A stretch of 32,000 bases of DNA from Promethearchaeum syntrophicum (GTDB taxonomy: Archaea; Asgardarchaeota; Lokiarchaeia; Sigyniarchaeales; Promethearchaeaceae), in assembly GCF_008000775.2 (NCBI RefSeq), contig NZ_CP042905.2:30001-62000 (forward strand), written 5' to 3'. Positions 27,496-32,000 of the stretch are shown one piece after another (position 1 is the stretch's first letter; the number at the start of each line of letters is the position of its first letter). The translations under genes and the position numbers were made by a program. The notes under the pieces are model-generated. The model was not told the origin of the DNA. It ran no database searches and worked only from the letters and a program-made list of their open reading frames with translations.

Positions 27496-27954
27496 TTACA
27501 ATTTTATGCGCATAACTTGTTCATTTTCTTCCATTTCATCTATATCTTCAAATCCATATAGGTGATAAAATTTTTCTGGACCATGCTCTCCAGGATGATA
27601 ACTTCCATAAAGAAAATCAGCATTCGGACGAGTTCTCACATATTCACGAAGTAAATCTAATGCCATTTTTCCATATCCTTGTCTTTGGTGATTCTGATCC
27701 ACCATTAAACGCCAGAGATAATATCGAGTGGACCCTTCAACCGTTCCTGGATGTGCCAACATTATAAAACCTACAGGCGTTTCATCAGCATAGATTGCCT
27801 TGAAATAGACATTATTGTTATAATGTGCTTCAGCAATTGATTTTGCATTTGAAGCAACGAATGTCCGTTGCTCTGGTTTGACCATTAATCCAATTACAGT
27901 GTAAAAATTCTCACGGGTAATTGACCTTAGAGATACTTTTGGAGGAGAATTCAT
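27496..27954 (-). CDS. GNAT family N-acetyltransferase
   Basis: 152 aa. Acetyl-CoA binding motif 'QNHQRQGYGKMALDLL' (about 27663-27700). A T7 run follows the stop. Confidence 0.8.
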   Translation of the reverse strand: MNSPPKVSLRSITRENFYTVIGLMVKPEQRTFVASNAKSIAEAHYNNNVYFKAIYADETPVGFIMLAHPGTVEGSTRYYLWRLMVDQNHQRQGYGKMALDLLREYVRTRPNADFLYGSYHPGEHGPEKFYHLYGFEDIDEMEENEQVMRIKL

Positions 27955-28087
27955 TACTTTTATTAGAATAATTTGAGTTATAAAGATTTAGATTTATAAT
28001 TGATTTAAACATACTTAATAAATACATAAGATGGAAGAAAAGGTAAAAAACACGAATTTTTACACCGATTTTTAAAAAAGAGAAAAA

Positions 28088-28170
28088 CGCGGTGGGAGGG
28101 ACTTGAACCCTCGCGCACAGATGTGCACTGGATTAGCAGTCCAGCATCGTAACCACTTGATTACCACCGC
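28088..28170 (-). tRNA. tRNA-Ser (anticodon GCU), class II, no encoded CCA
   Basis: Manual fold. Acceptor GCGGTGG/CCACCGC. 3-bp D stem with a GG loop. Anticodon stem CTGGA/TCCAG with loop CTGCTAA. Long variable arm GCACA-TCT-TGTGC. T arm GAGGG-TTCAAGT-CCCTC. Discriminator G, followed by a T-rich tract. Confidence 0.92.
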
Positions 28171-28222
28171 ATTGAAATTTTTTTAAAATTCCAGATTAAA
28201 AAAACTTTCATTTCAAAAAAAA

Positions 28223-29497
28223 TTAATGGTATTTTTTTTGTTGTTTGAAGGCAATAATTATCTCGCTAATTTTCTCAAACCCAGTTTTATCCAGGGCAGA
28301 AATTGACACATTCGGAATCTCGGGATAAATTTCACGAATTTTTTCGACTCTTTTTTGGAGGAACTCCTCGGACAATTCATCAATTTTGTTTAAAACTAAA
28401 ACTCTCGGGATTTCCATGACCAAAATTTGAGCCATTATGGTGAAAGTAGTTCTAATTTTGTCCAAGATAGCCTCAAATTTCGGTTCTGAGATATCAACGA
28501 TTAGGAGGAGTAAATCTGAAAACTGGAATTCTTCCAATGTTGATAGGAAAGCGTTGATCAAAGCGGGAGACATATCCATAATGAAACCGACTGAATCTGT
28601 TATTATAACTTCTTGTCCATCCCATTTTCCATTCTCTTTGAAAGAAGGAAAAACGACCTTTCGTGAAACTGGAGTAATTGTAGTAAATTCTTGTTGGGCG
28701 GTTTCAAAACGTGATTTAGCTAATTGATTTAGAATGGTAGATTTTCCTGCGTTTGTATACCCAATCAATCCAACATTAAAAAATTTGGATCTTCCTTTTC
28801 TACGCAGGTTTCTTCTTTTAGAAATTACTTTGAGCTCATCCCGAATCTTCTTCTTTCGCCCGCGATAAGCTTGCATTTTGGGTTCCCACCCCTTGCGTCC
28901 TTTTCCTTTAAAATCTCTCCCTTGTTTTTCTTCTAAATGTTGTCCGAGTTCTTTTTTTATAATATTTGTTTCAAGATTTAGGCGCGCGAGTTCAATTTGT
29001 AATTTACTTTCGTGAGTTTGGGCATGTCTTTCAAAGATTTCTAAAACTAATTCATCGCGATCAATAACTTTTAGATCCCAAATTTTTGTGAGATTCAATC
29101 GGTGCATATTTCCCAGACGATTATTAAAAATAATGGTTATATCCTTTCGTTTGTGAATTGTTTCGGGAAAATCAAATTCAATATTATCTTCCTTATTTTC
29201 ATATTCTTCAAAGGGATTACCATTTTCATCGAATTCTTCTGATTCTAAGAGTTCTTCGACATATTGATTATGATGGTGATTGAAAAAGAAATTATCTATT
29301 CCTGTGTTAATTAATTCAACTTTACCTTTTCCTAGAAAAAACTTAGGATTAATATGGTCCAAATTTTGAGGGATAATGCTAATAATATTATATCCCGCAG
29401 TTTTCGCAAGACCCTTCATTTCATCTATATCATAAGGGAATAAAGTGGGACAATATACCTGGACAACAATTGCTGTTTTTAGTAAACTATTGATCAT
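28223..29497 (-). CDS. hflX: GTPase HflX (divergent)
   Basis: G1 'GYTNAGKSTILN' (about 28739-28763), 'TDSVGFI', 'NKID'. The HflX N-domain string 'DRDELVLEIFERHAQTHESKLQIELARL' is present. The preferred start is the ATG at 29497 ('MINSLLKTAIVV'). The track extension to 29566 overlaps MBF1. Confidence 0.82.
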   Translation of the reverse strand: MINSLLKTAIVVQVYCPTLFPYDIDEMKGLAKTAGYNIISIIPQNLDHINPKFFLGKGKVELINTGIDNFFFNHHHNQYVEELLESEEFDENGNPFEEYENKEDNIEFDFPETIHKRKDITIIFNNRLGNMHRLNLTKIWDLKVIDRDELVLEIFERHAQTHESKLQIELARLNLETNIIKKELGQHLEEKQGRDFKGKGRKGWEPKMQAYRGRKKKIRDELKVISKRRNLRRKGRSKFFNVGLIGYTNAGKSTILNQLAKSRFETAQQEFTTITPVSRKVVFPSFKENGKWDGQEVIITDSVGFIMDMSPALINAFLSTLEEFQFSDLLLLIVDISEPKFEAILDKIRTTFTIMAQILVMEIPRVLVLNKIDELSEEFLQKRVEKIREIYPEIPNVSISALDKTGFEKISEIIIAFKQQKKYH

Positions 29498-30068
29498 ATT
29501 CAGGTTTCTTGCCTCTTTTACGGAAATACACCATTGAATCTGAAGAATCTTGTGACTTTGGTGCATATTGCATTTTATTGTCCTCTTCTTCTTCTTGAAA
29601 ATCTTCTGTTTCTACAAGAGTTATTTTATATTTCTTTTCAATTCTTCTGGCTAATTTAATATTTAGTTGGGTGGTTCCTTTTTCTATCCGATGATAGTAA
29701 TTTTCTTTAATAAAAAGAGAGTTAGCGAATTCTTTAGCCGATAATCCCTCTTTATTTCTACATTGGACAAGAAGTTTGATATAATTATCAACAATTTTCA
29801 GATTAGAAATATTTTCCCGCTTTTTATATGTGCTTGGTCTTGAAGGCGGTTTATAGGCTTTTTGTGTAGGTTTAGATTTTTTTGAAGAATATATATCTCG
29901 AAATTTGCTAGCATTTCTGGTTGGTTTTCTTGAAGATCTTTCATAATTTGGTTCTTCTCCAACATCTTTACAATCATTACAAACTTCCATCAGTACCCCT
30001 TCGATTTTTCTACGGAATAATGAATGGGCTTCTCGTCCACAGACTTCACACTCTTTTAGCACTGGCAT
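29487..30068 (-). CDS. mbf1: Archaeal multiprotein bridging factor 1 (Zn ribbon + XRE-type HTH)
   Basis: From the ATG at 30068: 'MPVLKECEVCGRE...VCNDCKD' (C4 Zn ribbon). A Lys/Ser/Pro-rich linker follows, then the HTH 'LSAKEFANSLFIKENYYHRIEKGTTQLNIKLARRIEKKYKITL'. Confidence 0.8.
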   Translation of the reverse strand: MPVLKECEVCGREAHSLFRRKIEGVLMEVCNDCKDVGEEPNYERSSRKPTRNASKFRDIYSSKKSKPTQKAYKPPSRPSTYKKRENISNLKIVDNYIKLLVQCRNKEGLSAKEFANSLFIKENYYHRIEKGTTQLNIKLARRIEKKYKITLVETEDFQEEEEDNKMQYAPKSQDSSDSMVYFRKRGKKPEYDQ

Positions 30069-30159
30069 AGTAATTCCACTTATCAAGAATTAAAAAGAAT
30101 AAAAAAGTATTCTTCTCATATTTAAATATATTTTTTCCCAAAAAAATTCTGTTATTTGT

Positions 30160-30190
30160 AAAAAAAAAAATCCCATTTTCATCTAAGGGA
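30160..30190 (-). terminator. Hairpin (AATCCC-12 nt-GGGATT) followed by a T-run immediately after the Ubl stop
   Basis: The minus strand reads 'AATCCCTTAGATGAAAATGGGATTTTTTTTTTT'. Confidence 0.55.
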
Positions 30191-30361
30191 TTATCCACCA
30201 GCTATCCTAGGCAATATTAAAATTTCATCATCTTTTTCCACAAAATCAGAAGGTTCTACTTTCTTACCATTGATTAAGACGACAAAATATCTTGATTCAA
30301 GATTTAATTTAGTTAGTACATCATATACTTTCTGTGGATTTTTGACTCGATAAGTGGTCAT
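30191..30361 (-). CDS. ThiS/MoaD/SAMP-family ubiquitin-like beta-grasp protein ending in Gly-Gly
   Basis: 56 aa from the ATG at 30361: 'MTTYRVKN...VVLINGKKVEPSDFVEKDDEILILPRIAGG*'. The C-terminal 'D.IL....IAGG' matches the ThiS pattern. The track start at 30397 is a TTG. Confidence 0.72.
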   Translation of the reverse strand: MTTYRVKNPQKVYDVLTKLNLESRYFVVLINGKKVEPSDFVEKDDEILILPRIAGG

Positions 30362-30508
30362 GGATGACACTTCTTCGATTTTTTCGATATTCTGCAAAAT
30401 TATTCACCCTCCCTGTTTTTTGTTTTCGATAAAGTAATCTTAAAACAATGATAAAAAGGTTACTAATTTGTAAAATAAGGTGTTAATAAAAAAACAAAAT
30501 TCTAATAA

Positions 30509-31201
30509 TTATTTCTTCTTTTTTCTTTTTTGTTTTACTTTCTTCCCTTTTTCTTTTTCATTTGGAACGTTATTGTTGATAAATCTTTGTGTAATATCTT
30601 TTTCCAAACAATTTTGAGAATACTCACTTAAAATTTGATTCAATAAACCAATTCCATCAAAATCATAGGTTTTAGCTAAAGAAAGATCATTTTCAAATAG
30701 CTTATCAATAATTGTCAAAGCTTCAACGGGAATATTTAAGTTAAAATCCATAGAAAAATAATCTTCCGTTTGTATTGAATCCAAAATCTTTGCTAATTGT
30801 GGAGAAAATCCAGCAAAATTTGGGATAATCCCTTTCTTCATCCCTTTTAAAAGATCAGAATTGCTGGTATTTATTTCATCTAAGTAAATACTGAATAATT
30901 CCGTAATTTCTGATAAAATTGCATGACTAGTTGTCGGATCGAATCCTGTCGATATTAATAATAAATCTACTTGCCCGATATGATCAAAATCGACCGTTTC
31001 AAAATCCAATAATGAATTTCCTAAACTTATTGATTTTAATTCATTCATTTTAGAACTTTGAAGAAAGGAGTTAGAAAAGGATTTTAGCGCGGAGAAAAAT
31101 GAGAGTAATAAACTTTCATCTATATTTTTATTGCTATAGTCTTTGGAATAAATAGGTATTCCATACTTATCTGCAATAAGTACTGCATCTATATCTCCCA
31201 T
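30509..31201 (-). CDS. Hypothetical protein with a longin/roadblock-like N-terminal domain and a poly-Lys C-terminal tail
   Basis: 230 aa. 'IDAVLIADKYGIPIYSKDY...DESLLLSFFSALKSFSNSF...VDLLLISTGFDPTTSHAILSEITELFSIYL' fits a beta-beta-alpha-beta-beta-beta-alpha pattern. The tail is 'EKEKGKKVKQKRKKKK'. The domain call is inferred from pattern only. Confidence 0.4.
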   Translation of the reverse strand: MGDIDAVLIADKYGIPIYSKDYSNKNIDESLLLSFFSALKSFSNSFLQSSKMNELKSISLGNSLLDFETVDFDHIGQVDLLLISTGFDPTTSHAILSEITELFSIYLDEINTSNSDLLKGMKKGIIPNFAGFSPQLAKILDSIQTEDYFSMDFNLNIPVEALTIIDKLFENDLSLAKTYDFDGIGLLNQILSEYSQNCLEKDITQRFINNNVPNEKEKGKKVKQKRKKKK

Positions 31202-31266
31202 GATATCCCTTAATTCCTTCCCGTAAAAATAAATGAAAGTATAGAAAAATAAAGGTTAACATTATC

Positions 31267-32000
31267 TTAAAATATTGCTTTAACGTCTTTCAAAAATTCA
31301 GCAAGATGGGATTTTTTGATATGAGGCATTAATACAACTCTTAAGAGATTCCACTGTTTGAATACGCCTAATGCCCACCCTTTCTGTCGAAGTAGCGAAT
31401 TAAATCTATCTAAAGACATATTTGCTTTGGAAGACATCTGAATTCCTAAAACATTCATGGTTGGTTCAGTTGCGATTTTCAATTCAGGAATTTCCTCAAT
31501 TTGATCTTTAAGGTAATAAGTATTTTCTAAACTGTGTCTCACATTTTCTACGAACCCTTGTTTTCCCATAAACTGCATTAATCCCCAAAATGATATAGCT
31601 GAGGCTCCTGGGCGCGTTCCAAGAATATTATAAGATGGAAATGCTCCACCTGCGAGATAAGGTATTTCAAACTTGAAGGAATTTACATTCGAATCTTTAA
31701 CGAGTAATGATCCACTAGGATTAACCGACATTCCCATTTTGTGAGGATCCACTGTATAACTACAAATTTCTGGAACTTTTAGATTGTATGGAGGAAAATC
31801 ATAACCTAATTCTTCCATAAACGGAACAACCAATCCACCAAAGGCCGCATCTACGTGGAAATACTTATTATATTTCCCTGCTAACTTTCCAATTTTTTCA
31901 ATGGGATCAATCAATCCAAGTGCACTCGTTCCTAGTATTCCTACTAATGCTATTGTGTTATCATCAATTAACGATTCATAATGGTCGAAATCCAAATGAT
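31267..32000 (-). CDS. mfnA: Group II PLP-dependent decarboxylase, MfnA-like (tyrosine/aspartate decarboxylase); N-terminus outside the window
   Basis: 'YFHVDAAFGGLVVPFM' and the PLP-lysine motif 'TVDPHKMG' (about 31733-31756). The ORF is open to the right window edge. Confidence 0.8.
   Translation of the reverse strand, partial: HLDFDHYESLIDDNTIALVGILGTSALGLIDPIEKIGKLAGKYNKYFHVDAAFGGLVVPFMEELGYDFPPYNLKVPEICSYTVDPHKMGMSVNPSGSLLVKDSNVNSFKFEIPYLAGGAFPSYNILGTRPGASAISFWGLMQFMGKQGFVENVRHSLENTYYLKDQIEEIPELKIATEPTMNVLGIQMSSKANMSLDRFNSLLRQKGWALGVFKQWNLLRVVLMPHIKKSHLAEFLKDVKAIF

Noticed and set aside
25893-28170. Calling the 2.2-kb islet a bona fide mobile element.
   Set aside because: There is no integrase, transposase, terminal inverted repeat or excisionase. 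The repeats extend beyond the tRNA and are diverged. It is reported only as an att-like scar or possible degraded element.

Overview
This is an AT-rich 32-kb window (roughly 30% GC by eye, not computed). It is densely coded, mostly on the minus strand. Several features point to an archaeal host: a Zn-ribbon+HTH MBF1, a PGF-CTERM sorting signal, an MfnA-like decarboxylase, oligo-T runs after nearly every gene, and a tRNA without encoded CCA. An Asgard/Lokiarchaeia-like origin is only a guess.

The core is an amino-acid catabolism island.
1. A bacterial-type lysine fermentation operon, kdd-kamA-[P-loop NTPase]-[MutS-domain-V ATPase]-kamD-kamE, lies at 2710-9919. Its last two enzymes, kal-kce, lie 15 kb away at 24535-25751.
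2. A divergent pair of monofunctional, eukaryote-like saccharopine-pathway genes (LKR and SDH) lies at 17387-20128.
3. Fe-S L-serine dehydratase genes sdaAB/sdaAA lie at 22998-24519.

A 6.4-kb gene for a giant surface protein sits between the kdd operon and LKR. The protein has a signal peptide, an 8-bladed FG-GAP/PQQ-like propeller, about 70 thrombospondin-type-3-like Ca-binding repeats and a PGF-CTERM. The gene is bracketed by a decayed partial duplicate of the LKR 3' end.

A second rearranged spot (25744-28170) holds tRNA-Ser(GCU), a displaced copy of its 3' end, and three related intergenic cassettes. These surround a 2-gene islet (membrane protein plus GNAT).

Other genes:
- A P-type ATPase at the left edge (1-2638). 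It is absent from the supplied ORF track because its stop lies outside the window.
- An RlmN/Cfr-family radical SAM methyltransferase.
- A divergent HflX that overlaps MBF1.
- A ThiS/SAMP-like Ubl ending in GG.
- A longin/roadblock-like protein.
- A partial MfnA-like PLP decarboxylase at the right edge.

No CRISPR array, rRNA, integrase or transposase was seen. All homology calls rest on motif recognition by eye. No database search was possible.
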